A DNA stretch of 64,000 bases from assembly GCA_040437565.1 (NCBI GenBank), contig JBDOQK010000007.1:434001-498000 (forward strand). The letters are read 5' to 3'. The stretch's first letter is position 1; each line of letters begins with the position of its first letter. Positions 37,615 through 51,705 of this stretch are shown here, piece by piece. The notes beneath the pieces are model-generated. The model was not told the DNA's origin. It saw nothing but the letters and a program-made list of their open reading frames with translations, and made no database searches. Made by a program: the position numbers and the translations under genes. The stretch comes from Albugo candida. Taxonomy: Eukaryota.

Positions 37615-39862
37615 ATAAGACCTCTCATCTGGTCGGCTTAGAGCGGCTGGAGAGAACATTGAATTCAGAGCTTCAACAAACTCTAGTGATATGATTGAGT
37701 GCAGCGTGTGTTTTGATGTGAGAAACAGGTAAATTTAAGAGTGCAGCACCTTTTTTACCTTAGAGAAACCATGCAAGTTCAATGTCGTAAAGGGTGGGCA
37801 AGTAATAAGTATTTCAAGGTGAGAACATCAAAGAAGCCGATTGTATCAGTAGAAAAAAACATATGTTTGCTAGGTTTGGCATCCGCTACGTGGCCAATAG
37901 ATTGGCTTTAGTTCGGCTGAACACCTTATCGCTTGTCAAGATGAGTTCCACATACGGGGATTATTTCGTATTAATTTCATCATATTCATCTTTCTTCTCC
38001 TTACCATTTTTGCCGCGGATGGATTGGTACTGATTAAGCTGTAAACGTATGCTCAATAACGACTCACCTGTATTGATTCACTCTCAATTGCTCCCAACGA
38101 GAAGGAGTATGTTTCCTGGATTGTAATCTACCTTAGGTAATCGGTGTTCTGAATAAAGCGACGTGTGAAACGCTATATTCACCGTATAACTTGAGCCACG
38201 CTGCATTGTTCATGTTTAGGTGGGCAGTTGGCCGGATCTGATATGCCCTCTATCTTCGCGCCTTAAGCCACGCGATTGCGCCGACTTGAACATTTAACCA
38301 GGCATTGGCTCTGGGATGCGCGACTCTACGCGCATGACAGATCGACGCGCTCTATAACTAATTTATTTGCGGCTTTATTGTCTTGAGCCTCGCTTCCGAA
38401 CATGAAATTCATCAATAAGCCAAAGCGTCACGGTTGATCTTACAATGAAAGCGCTAGCTTCCACAGCGTCTTCCTGGAAGAAATTCAATTAACTCAGTGA
38501 TTTCCATAATCGCCTTTTCTATTATCGCTCACAATAGCCTTATCTCTGTCATGGTAGCGGGGCCGACAAGGTGATTGCCTTCCACCTTTGTTCCTATTTA
38601 TATTACCAGTTGGTTTCGTATAAACAGTATGCTGCCGAGCATTCTGTTAGTGGATACGCAGTACGCTTGGCCGTTACTTTGCCGTTGATGCTATTGGCAA
38701 CAACGCATTTAAGGATGACGATCGAAGATTTCATCGTGATCTACCGAACCCGACTGGGCCTGAATCGCATGTCGTAGTTGCTAAAAAAAGCGCCTTTACT
38801 TGTCTCATGTCATGATCGCTACGATCGATACGAAATGCTCCTTTGTGACAGTTTCCTGCGGCTTCTTTTTACAAGCTTTCGGAATACTCGGTATTTTCTT
38901 AAGGACTATGTATCGGCAAATAGAACTATCAATTGATGACTGATTGGACCCGACAATTTCGAACACGGGTACACCAGTTCGGCACAGATATTGATCATCT
39001 TTTATGTCGTGGTTCTCTAGACCTTGTTGAGAAACTCATGTGCTGGTCAAATAGCTCTTTTCTCTCACCCGATTGAAGTTCTTGTTAAGCGTACAAGAAG
39101 TGACAAAGCCTAAATGATTTTCTTAGAAAAGGTTGAACGAGGACCTGACATTATCTTATTCGTTGGCTTTTGCAACTCGTAGATTTGATTCAAAGCCAAA
39201 ATAATAATACGTCGTGGTGAGCTGTGTTGACTTTGCACAAGTTATAAGCCTTTACGAGAAGACAGGACTTTGGAGAATTTAGTGTCGATGATGAACAAAA
39301 TATACAACTGATCATCAACTCTCTGATGAGTACACGAGTACACAAGCGTGCTCCTTGTCGTTTAGAGATATTGGTACATAAACAAGAAGCAACTACAAAA
39401 CTCGTTAGCCACAGAGTCTCTTCCTACTATATGTACCCAATCCAAATTTCAATTCATCATTTTTGACTACCCGAAAAACGATTTGGGGATATTTAATCGT
39501 ATTATTGCTTTGCGTGGAGCTAGCACTTGACTACCATTTTGAGGTTCAATGGTAAAGTTGGTTAGAAAAAGTTTAATTGAGAACTTTGCCGGTGCAAAAT
39601 CACGCAATCTGGTCTACTACTATCACTTACAAGTAAAGCTCCACTTCATAATATATGACATGATGCTGGCATTTTCACAAAAATAGAAGCCGCGTCAAAT
39701 AACATTCATTCTTCTATTTCGTGTTGACCACAAAAGGCCGTGATACTTATTTCTGCCATGCNNNNNNNNNNNNNNNNNNNNNNNNNNNNNNNNNNNNNNN
39801 NNNNNNNNNNNNNNNNNNNNNNNNNNNNNNNNNNNNNNNNNNNNNNNNNNNNNNNNNNNNNT

Positions 39863-39876
39863 TCATTCTTCTATTT
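39863..39876 (+). promoter_or_regulatory. Oomycete INR/FPR core-promoter-like element upstream of urease
   Basis: TCATTCTTCTATTT matches TCATTYYNCAWTTT at 13 of 14 positions, about 40 nt before the ATG. Confidence 0.5.
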
Positions 39877-39914
39877 CGTGTTGACCACAAAAGGCCGTGA
39901 TACTTATTTCTGCC

Positions 39915-42704
39915 ATGCGTTTGAGCCCTCGGGAGGAAGATCACTTGCTTCTCCATAATGCTGGATTTCTCGCACAAAAACGCCTTGCGCGCGGTTTAAA
40001 ATTGAATTGTAGTGAAGCCATCTCTTTACTTGCTTCCCAAGTACGTTATGACTGCAAACACATCTAATTATCCAGATTTGTAAGATCTTGCTGCTGTAGA
40101 CGTTAGAATTTATTCGAGATGGGAAAAAAGTAGCTGAACTAATGACACTTGGTACTCAGATACTCGGAAGGTTGCTTTCACTTCAATTGATTCATTATTT
40201 GAGATTTAATCCCATGAACGTTCAGACGTCAAGTGCTTCGTGGGGTTGCTAAAATAGTCGATGAGGTTCAAGTCGAAGGTACATTTCCGGACGGCACCAA
40301 GCTTGTGACAATCCATAATCCAATTGTTCTTTTGGATGGGGACATGAATCTTGCACTTTACGGATCGTATCTTCCGATTCCATCGATCGAGATCTTTAGC
40401 CAGCCATCAGCCGCTGATGAGGATAATAACCTCGACGATCATCCACCGGGTGAAGTAATCACTCCAAATGAAGATTTGGTTCTAAACAAGGGCAGAATTT
40501 CGTTCTTTTTGAAAATCACCAATTTATCGGACCGACCCATCCAGGTTGGTTCTCATTATCACCTTATTGAGTGTAACCCTTACTTGAGAATGGACCGGCT
40601 TCGAGCTTACGGGAATCGGCTAAACATTGCGTCTGGCACTGCGATTCGTTTTGAACCTGGTGATGAGAAGACTGTGTCCGTCGTACCGATAGGAGGCAAT
40701 CGTTGCATTTCGGGCGGTAATGGCCTAGCGTCAGGTCGTGTGGATCCTACACGAGCACAAGAAATTTTGTCATCCTTGCTCGAAAAAGGATTTCATCATG
40801 AGCCTCAGGCTATGTGTCAGGAAGAAGCCAGACAGAAAGAGGCGATTGATGGAACCTGCATAATTACTCGGAGTAACTACGCACAAACGTATGGTCCAAC
40901 CACTGGAGATCGCGTGCGATTGGGAGACACGACGTTATATATCTCAGTAGAGAATGACTGGACTGTGTACGGAGATGAATGTAAGTTTGGCGGTGGCAAA
41001 GTGCTTCGGGAAGGAATGGGCCAAAACACAGGTAGTGGTTCCGATACGGCTCTGGAAACGATCATCACGAATGCCCTTATTGTGGATTATACTGGAATCT
41101 ACAAAGCTGACGTTGGAATGAAAGATGGGTACATTGTTGGCATTGGTAAAGGAGGAAATCCTGATGTAATGGATGGTGTCGGAGCCAACATGATTGTTGG
41201 TGTTAATACCGAAGTTATTGCTGGAGAGGGACTAATTCTGACTGCCGGAGGAATTGATGCTCATGTTCACTTTATCTGCCCACAGTTGTGCATCGAAGCG
41301 CTCACAAGGTAATATGAAGCATGTTTCAGTTCTGTTGAACTTCATGACAATCGTCGTTCTTATTTTGCAGCGGACTCACAACAATGATCGGTGGGGGAAC
41401 AGGTCCTGCAACAGGAACCAACGCTACAACCTGCACGCCGGGTCCGAACCATATCAAAATGATGCTGCAGGCCACTGATGCATTTCCGATCAATATTGGG
41501 CTCACCGGAAAAGGAAACTCTTCTCATCCACTTGGAATGCAAAATACGATTGATGCCGGTGCTGTGGGTCTCAAGCTACATGAAGACTGGGGGACAACAC
41601 CAGCGGCAATCGATGAGTGTCTATCAGTCGCGGAAAAAAATGACGTTCAGGTCACCATACACACCGATACTCTCAATGAGTCTTCATGCGTAGAACATAC
41701 AATTGCCGCATTCAAAGGCCGCACTATTCATACGTATCATAGTGAAGGGGCCGGTGGAGGTCATGCGCCAGACATTATCAGCGTATGTGGCGAGGTCAAT
41801 ATTTTGCCTTCTTCGACAAATCCAACCCGACCATACACAATGAACACGATTGACGAGCATGTTGACATGCTGGTATGAATTCTCTCTCGTTCGATTTACT
41901 GATTTTTCACACCTGACAAACCTTCTGATGTAGATGGTTTGTCATCATTTGGACCGTAATATCGCGGAGGATGTTGCGTTTGCCGAGTCGCGAATACGAG
42001 CAGAAACAATAGCGGCCGAAGATGTTCTTCATGATATGGGAGCGATCAGTATCATTTCTTCGGATTCGCAAGCGATGGGACGAATTGGAGAAGTGATAAC
42101 TCGAACCTGGCAGACTGCTGATAAAATGAAGCAAGAACGTGGATGTCTCACGGAAGATGCTACAGTGTGGAAAGGTGAATGCGATAATTTCCGAGTTCGA
42201 AGATATATTGCAAAGTATACAATTAATCCTGCAATTGCCCATGGAATGTCGCATCTAATTGGTTCCATACAAGTCGGAAAATGGGCCGACTTGTGCCTCT
42301 GGAAGCCGTGCTTTTTCGGGGCCAAGCCAGAATTGGTACTCAAAGGTGGTGTTATTGTGTATGGTCAAATGGGTGATCCAAACGCATCAATACCAACGCC
42401 TCAACCGGTAAAGATGCGACCAATGTTTGGTGCCTCCGGAGTTCTTGCGCCCGGGTCGAATTCCATCGCTTTTGTGAGCCAAGCTTGCAAACGTCTTCAC
42501 ACTGCGGAATCATATAAGCTCCAAAAACGTGTAGAACCGGTGCGGCAGTGTCGTGATTTGACCAAAAAAGATATGCAGCTGAACGATGCTCTACCGAAAA
42601 TACATGTGGATCCGGAAACGTACCAAGTACGAGCAGATGGAGTGCTTCTAGAAGCAAAAGCTGCTTCGACCGTCGCATTAGCTCAACGATATTTCTTATT
42701 TTAA
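39915..42704 (+). CDS. URE1: Urease, eukaryotic single-chain gamma-beta-alpha fusion; four introns (40041-40099, ~40171-40225, ~41309-41370, ~41873-41933)
   Basis: [11 protein letters not shown] start, [28 protein letters not shown], and Ni-site motifs [33 protein letters not shown] and SSDSQAMGR; ends QRYFLF. Confidence 0.97.
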
Positions 42705-42742
42705 TATGAATTCTTGTGCGCCAACACGGTCACCAATCGGAC

Positions 42743-44340
42743 TCACATGATCCAAAGATTCTTAGATTTGACATTTGAATCAAAGTTGATACGCGAAGAC
42801 TCGCGTATAGAATCGGAACCAAAGGAAAGTCGAGATGAGACAAGTGAATTTGGTGTCGATGTACTGGTTTCGAGGATTGCAAATGATGACGTATTGCTGT
42901 CAGTAAAAGTGACTCCGGACTCTAATATTGCGGATGGGAACCTAGAGGATACTAGGGACGGCGCATTGCTATTCGCTGTATACTCGCTGCTAAGGCTCAA
43001 CCCAGAATCAACCATATTACCCGATCCAGGTTTTGGTTGAGCCTTATTAGCAATAGAGGATGGACTTGATGTACGATCTACCATCGGCATTTTGTCGCTT
43101 AGTGGTCTGCTCGCTGGTGCTGCCTCCGGTTGTTTTTTTCGTCTTTGTACAAAAATTACGACTCCAATTGCGGCAATTCCGAGAGAGACACCGAGACTGA
43201 CTAGAAGTATACCCATGACATTATTCTTTCCATTCGACGACTTGTTTGAACTACTTTGTCCTGATGCTTCGACGACGGTCTTCCCGCCACCTCGTGAGAG
43301 TAATTGCTTGACATCTTTATCAATTTTATTCGTTGCATTCTGATGTGTATTGACATCGGATTTGTCGCAACAATCACCTGCGAGACAGAAGGAAGAGACC
43401 AAGGCAGCATGATCAGAGGGATAGCAATCGTTGAATTTTTGCCGAACGACGCTGCTTTTTGTCGCGCACACACCTGTCGGAAGTCGATGGAGGATATAGT
43501 CGAATTTTTCAGTACAGGTTGCTGTGAGTAGATCCCCGCAAAACGTGGGATCAGCACTATCGTCCTTCAAATCTTGGGTAATCAAATACTGAACGGCAGG
43601 AGAAGAAGTTTTGCTATTCAGGTCGCCTAGAAGTATTATAGCCTTGTCGCTTTGTTGACACAGTGAACCAAGTCGTTGTACGATCACCTTGGCTCCATTG
43701 CTCTGAGCCAGATCGTTACCAAGAGTTTCCCAATGCGTATTAAATACACAAACTGTGATACCGGTAGGTATATGGTTGAATCGTCCCCACACACACGTAC
43801 GATATTGCGTCATGCCCCAGTCAATAGAAGCCACATCTGGATTAGGACCCTATACAAACAACATCGCTTAGAGAAGGATAGGACCAGCATATTGATTTGA
43901 CGTATGCTCCGTACCAGCCAAAACATCCCTGAAGCGATTGGAGCCCAGGTATCCTTCTTGTGATAGATAGCATTCCACTCTGCTGGATTGCCGTTAAGTG
44001 ATCCCGAGGAAGCACCAACAGCTGCGTATGTGCTCAGCTGCTGATCCAGAAATCCTTTCTGAGCATCGGAGGTTTCTTGTACTCCAAAAAAATCCGGATT
44101 CTGAGAAGCGATTTGTTGCACAACACCATCCTTTCGTATTCCATTCCATTGTGTGCAATGTTCATCAGCATCTTTTGGAGCCTGATCTGTTCGTATGTTG
44201 AATGTCATCAACTTCATCATCAAGGGGTTCTGTGCTGGCGTGGATTCTTGAGCGCTCACGTACGAAAAATGTAATATTGACAGACTCGTGAAAAGCATGC
44301 ATGTAAATGTCGGCATGACGTCATAGAATGCCCAATGCAT
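42743..44340 (-). CDS. Endonuclease/exonuclease/phosphatase (EEP) family protein with signal peptide, single TM helix and Ser-rich tail; intron 43850-43914
   Basis: LMTFNIR, DFFGVQE, VFNTH, LLGDLNS, FDYI and PSDH motifs, hydrophobic N-terminus and TM VMGILLVSLGVSLGIAAIGVVIFV-QRRKK. Start at 44340 or the next Met. Confidence 0.88.
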
Positions 44341-44973
44341 AATCGTTAAATGTATTGGAATACACGATATTCGACCAAGTGAATGGTATTTGTCACTTAC
44401 AATCAGTGAAACTGCTTCAAAGTTTAATGACACTACTGAGAATCGCTGGTGTCAATATACCAAGCACCGATACTCTATTATTAGTTGAACGGAAATGCCT
44501 GTGAGGGTTGGCTATCAGAAAAGGAATACGTAGCATGATTGGGTCTTTGCTCAATCGAGGAGGTGGTGACTGTACACGACCGGGAGGATAAGTCGTGCTC
44601 TTACACTACGAATTATGTGTCCGGTACCCAATTGCAAGGTTTCGAGTCAGAACCCTCTTTATTTTGATTCGAATAAGAAGGTTAGGAAAAATCGATTTCG
44701 CACAGAACAGAGAAAGCAGATCCATTCCTATTGACAAGTATGAGACACTACATCGATGAGACCGGGAACGTGGTCGGATTTTGACATTCAGTGATTGGCT
44801 ACTCCTCATGTTGATGCGGTTAATAGATGCCTTCCTAATTGAGAATAGATGCGCAATTCTATAATTAAGTAGAGTCCGTGCACACTTTGCATCCAGGAGA
44901 ACAATTGTTTCGTATTTCGTATCTCGTGTGCGCTTTCATCATTTGACTCCAAGTAACAAAAATAGCTGAACGA

Positions 44974-47900
44974 TTGCATAACAAGCTGCCATCTCGGGCG
45001 CCTAGTCTTTTGGCCCGACCTTCTGGCTCCCTAGATGCGGAATACCAGTTGGCGGACGGCCACACAGTTTTCGATGCCATATTGTCTCCCCAGAAAGTAG
45101 CAGTAACTTCTCATTACATTTCGCAATCTACACCTTCTAATCGTCCCGAAGCTCATCAAACAATGTCGTACTCTGCCGAGGATAGTAGACTTAGGCGTTT
45201 GATGTGCTGTATACCATGGGGCTGGAATCGCCTTCGAGATTGCGGAGCTAGATTTACACAATCTGATGCCCCAGTATTGAGTGAAGGGACCATTTTAGCC
45301 AAGTCTGCACAGGAACAGATAACATCCGACTACATGCAACGTGAAATCCAAAAGTATTCGAAAATGCGCGTATATATGAAGCGAGTTCAGCTTTGTATGG
45401 AACAAGAAAAACGAAAGCAATTCTACAAGGAGCTAGTTATTTACTTCGGATTTCTTGCGATACTACTATGGGTCCTGCTTTCCACCTTGCCTGTGTATTA
45501 CCCAAATGGACAGAATAACGTACTGCAGAATCTCTTTTTTAAACAGCCATTTCCGAATGTTACGTACGTAAAGACATTCAGCGACATCACCCAAGAAAGC
45601 GAGATTTGGGATTGGGTACAAGGTGTCTTGATTCCCGGATTCTATGCATCAAACTTGCGTAATTATAGGGTCATTGGAAGTCTGATATTGCGAACGGGGC
45701 GTGTCAAAGGACGCATGTGCAAGCATGTGAATGGAGATGATTGGCTTCTGTTCGAGAACGAATTGTGCTATCCGGAGTTCACTGTAGCACAGCAAGCGAA
45801 ACAAGCCTATGGAAATCGGAGAGCTACAAAGCAATATCAATGGTACACATGGCGCTCTGATCTTCCAAATCTGGTATCTTCCCAAACAACCAATCCATTT
45901 ATAGTGAACCGTCGAAGGAATTATGGAACTGGTGGATACGCTATATTCCTTCCTCGTGATGATAGGAGGGTAGGAGAAGTGATCATTGACCAACTCGAGC
46001 GATTTTTTCTCATCGATGGAAGTCGTTATTTTGCGGCGAGTTTCACTCTTTACAACCCGAGATCCACCTTGTTCTCGAGCATAGAAGCCCTGATTGAAAT
46101 ATCTAGTACTGAAAATTTCCAGGTGTCAAGTAGAGTTCATACATTCAAAATCCCGCGGCCAATTGATACATTTACCGACTTCATTCGAGACAACTGGCCG
46201 TATTTGTTATTATTGATGGTCACTCTTGGCTTGGTGTTTCGAGAAGTAAGAGATCTTAAAGAAACAGGATGCCGGCGATACTTAAACTCGATTTGGAATA
46301 TATTGGACATTTTGCAACTGATACTTCTGCTTTGTATCTTCATTCAATGGACAATCTTTCTTCTTTGGAGTGTCAATGCATACAATGAATTAATCAGAAT
46401 CGTGGACGAACCTCGATGCAATGGCGTCAAACTCAACCAGAAGCAAGCGAGCGAATGCTTTGTTTCTTTGCAACATATTGGGCTTCAGGCTGCAACTTTG
46501 AGAAATATCGGAGCCGCACTTGCGTTCATATCAGTTGCTATTGTGTTCAAATATCTTAGGCTGAATACCCGATTAAATTTGCTGTGGAGGACACTACGCT
46601 TCGCGGCTAAAGATCTACTAGCATTTGTGGTCATCTTCTTTACAATGTTTGTCGCATTTGCAGTGATGGGATATCTGACTTTTGGTAGCACGATGCAGGA
46701 TTATAGCACGCTTTCTGTGTCGCTAACATCAAGTTTCCAGATGCTTTTCGGGGCGTTCGACTATGACCAATTATATACTGCGAATCCAGCAATGGCTGCA
46801 TTTTTCTTTTTCAGCTTCATGATCTCAATTTATCTAATTTGTGTGAACATGTTTATTGCTATTATGACAGAGTATTACTCGATGGCCCAAGCTGAAAAAA
46901 AAGCGTACGAGCGAAATAAAGAAACGTGTATTGTCGAGCATGAACAAGGGAACATTGATGGGGAAAAAACAAATCGCGAAGATTTTACTGACTCTCTAGT
47001 TTTCATGGACGTTGAGTATGACATTATCAAGCAACTTCGACAATTTTGGAACGGCTTACATCTTCGTGTTCGATTATTTGCAAGAAACGAGGGTCATGCA
47101 CCTTCTGCTACACAGAAACTGGCAATCTTTTACTCTCAACGTGTACTTTTGGTGGACTATGGCTATCTACAGGCTGAAAGAAAACGATTACGGCAAAAGT
47201 TCCGGGCCGTTGTTTATCTTGTGAGAGCGTGTATGGATTTAGCTCGCATTGTGGGGTTAGAATACGCATTACAAGTGGAAACTGAAACCAACTTGAAAAC
47301 ACGAGTTGATTCTAAAGCGACTTATTCATTTAACCATACAGCTTCCCCGGTTACTTTCATACCTCTTTCATCTCGTACAGCCAGTGTTACCGAAGTATTA
47401 ACGCGATTGAAGCCTGGAATGATTTTGGACTTGGACGACGGCTCCTTCACCAGAGATCAAATTTCTTTGCAGGTTTTGGGAGGTCAAATCGCACATTCCT
47501 GCTTTATGGAGAATGATCAAGGATTTATCCACGTTCATTCCGATCAAGACGTAGCTTCCTATCAAACGCATCAAAATCAAAATGACCGCCCATTTGGCTT
47601 GCATTACAATCATGAACACCTCGGGGATTCGAGCCATATACGTTGCTGTCGTGTTTTATACAGAGGCGAGACTGTTCTTGACGGGCAAGAAGTTTGCTTG
47701 CTTCCATCTTCGGTTTGGTTCCGATACTTTTTCGGATACATGATCCCAAATAGCACCACCAAGCTCCTTCGTTATTTGGTGACACCGAAGAACAAAAAGA
47801 ATAGGCTAATCTCTGACAACGAAGTTGACATGCTGATAAAGAAAAATTTCACAGCTTCGGGTCGAGGAATCTCATGTCGATTTGATGAACTGGTGCGTAA

Positions 47901-48985
47901 TTTTCGATTACTTATCACCAAGAAGGTACACAAGAAGCATCTTCGTATTCCAGACTTGGAAGAACGTATATATATGGAAGTGATTGCATTTTTGGAACGC
48001 TTTCCTTCCGCATTGGCTCCGGTCGACAAACGGGAGCTTGAAGGGTTTAAATATACACCGCAACCTGTGGACACAAGTCATGTGCGACTACCAAACTCGA
48101 TCCATCTTCTGACTGAGATTTTGTCACAGCACGCTCATGAAGTTTGGGCTGTTGGCCGAATTTCTCAAGGCTGGAAATACGGTCCCCACCGTGATAACGA
48201 AAAAAAATTNNNNNNNNNNNNNNNNNNNNNNNNNNNNNNNNNNNNNNNNNNNNNNNNNNNNNNNNNNNNNNNNNNNNNNNNNNNNNNNNNNNNNNNNNNN
48301 NNNNNNNNNCCACCGTGATAACGAAAAAAAATTACACAAGGACTTGGTGCCTTATGAAAGCTTAACTGAAGAAGACAAGCAGTATGATCGCGATACTTCT
48401 ATCGAAGCACTCAAAGTGATCACCGCCTTGGGTTACGTGTTAGAGCCTCCAACAACGTCTTTGATGGAATCATTTGGCAGTATTCAATTCGGTGTTGCAG
48501 CATCAGAGAAAAATGGCACTTATGAGCCCAAACCTATACCAACTGGCGACGTTATCGTACCTCGTCATCTCCGTTCTTTGATAGAATTACTGGCCGAGAA
48601 TACGCATGAAGTGTGGGCTACAATGCGAATGGGGCAAGGATGGACATACGGTCCTCGCTGCGACGATGCGAAAAGGGAGCACAATGGACTCGTTCCGTAT
48701 ATCTACCTGACGCAAGACGAAAAGCAAATGGATCGGAACACAGCTCTGCAAACTGTAAAACTCATTTTGAAATGTGGATTCACATTCACGCATCGTGACA
48801 GAATGAATTCTAACGCTCGTTCGAGGAGAATAGTCGCTCAAAACCAAGATAAATCGAGCAAATCATTTCGAATGTTTGGAAGGAACGAGAACCCGCAAGC
48901 GTCTAACATTTCGGAAGCAGCTCTTCTTCTTACAGGAGCCAATAAAGCAAAGCATGCGTTTTTAGACAAGAGCCGTCAGATGTGA
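44974..48985 (+). CDS. Polycystin-2/TRPP-like cation channel with two C-terminal RyR repeats (PKD-RyR type); frame break is at an assembly gap
   Basis: PKD channel helices (YLNSIWNILD, KYLRLNTRLNLLWRTL, LFGAFDY, NMFIAIMTEYY) and two RyR repeats (HEVWAVGRISQGWKYGPHRDNEKKLHKDLVPY; ENTHEVWATMRMGQGWTYGPRCDDAKREHNGLVPY). First in-frame ATG is 45163. Confidence 0.92.
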
Positions 48986-49041
48986 AAGCAGTATATATTT
49001 GCAAAACTCCTTTGACTTTTCTTCTTGTCTGAATGAAAACA

Positions 49042-49377
49042 CTACTCTAGTGACTTTAAATCGCTGAGAAACTTCCCTTCTACAGGTAGAAGTAACGGTA
49101 TACCATCTCGGATCGGATACGCAACCTGCACGTGCAAACATACGAGCAATCCCCGTAAATTGTCATAATGAAGAGGATACTTGGATACTGGACACACTAA
49201 ATGCTTCAAAAGATTCTCGTCAAACGCAGCAATCACTGAACTCTTTTCTTCTCGGGATATCGTGAATGATCTCCTCTTATGTGTATTGTGCAGTTGGGAC
49301 GTCTTTACTGCTACACACAAGGCAGGAACGGAAGGATTCAAGCGCATCCATTTCCAAATTTGCTTGCTTAGAGCCAT
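49042..49377 (-). CDS. Trm112-like / UPF0434 protein (mitochondrial PreY/PYURF-like)
   Basis: Basic presequence followed by LLKHLVCPVSKYPLHYD...AYPIRDGIPLLL. Confidence 0.85.
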   Translation of the reverse strand: MALSKQIWKWMRLNPSVPALCVAVKTSQLHNTHKRRSFTISREEKSSVIAAFDENLLKHLVCPVSKYPLHYDNLRGLLVCLHVQVAYPIRDGIPLLLPVEGKFLSDLKSLE

Positions 49378-49473
49378 TTCGAAAGGCGGAGGCTAGTATA
49401 AGCACCGCTTCTGGACAACTTTCGAGTCGAGTTTAGGGCAAGAGCGCTTTATTTTGTGACTGTGAATTCGAAA

Positions 49474-51626
<2,153 letters not shown>

Positions 51627-51705
51627 TGATCTACCTAAAAACATGTGCTTTGCATCTCGGCGTTGTAGTTGTTGTGATACATGCTTGGATGAAGCTCTTT
51701 CAATT

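Noticed and set aside
39286..39330. ATGATGA...CTGA box C/D-like pattern
   Set aside because: Too short, with no terminal stem or recognisable rRNA guide.
39705..39918. Duplicated urease 5' end
   Set aside because: Exact overlap across gap 39762-39861.
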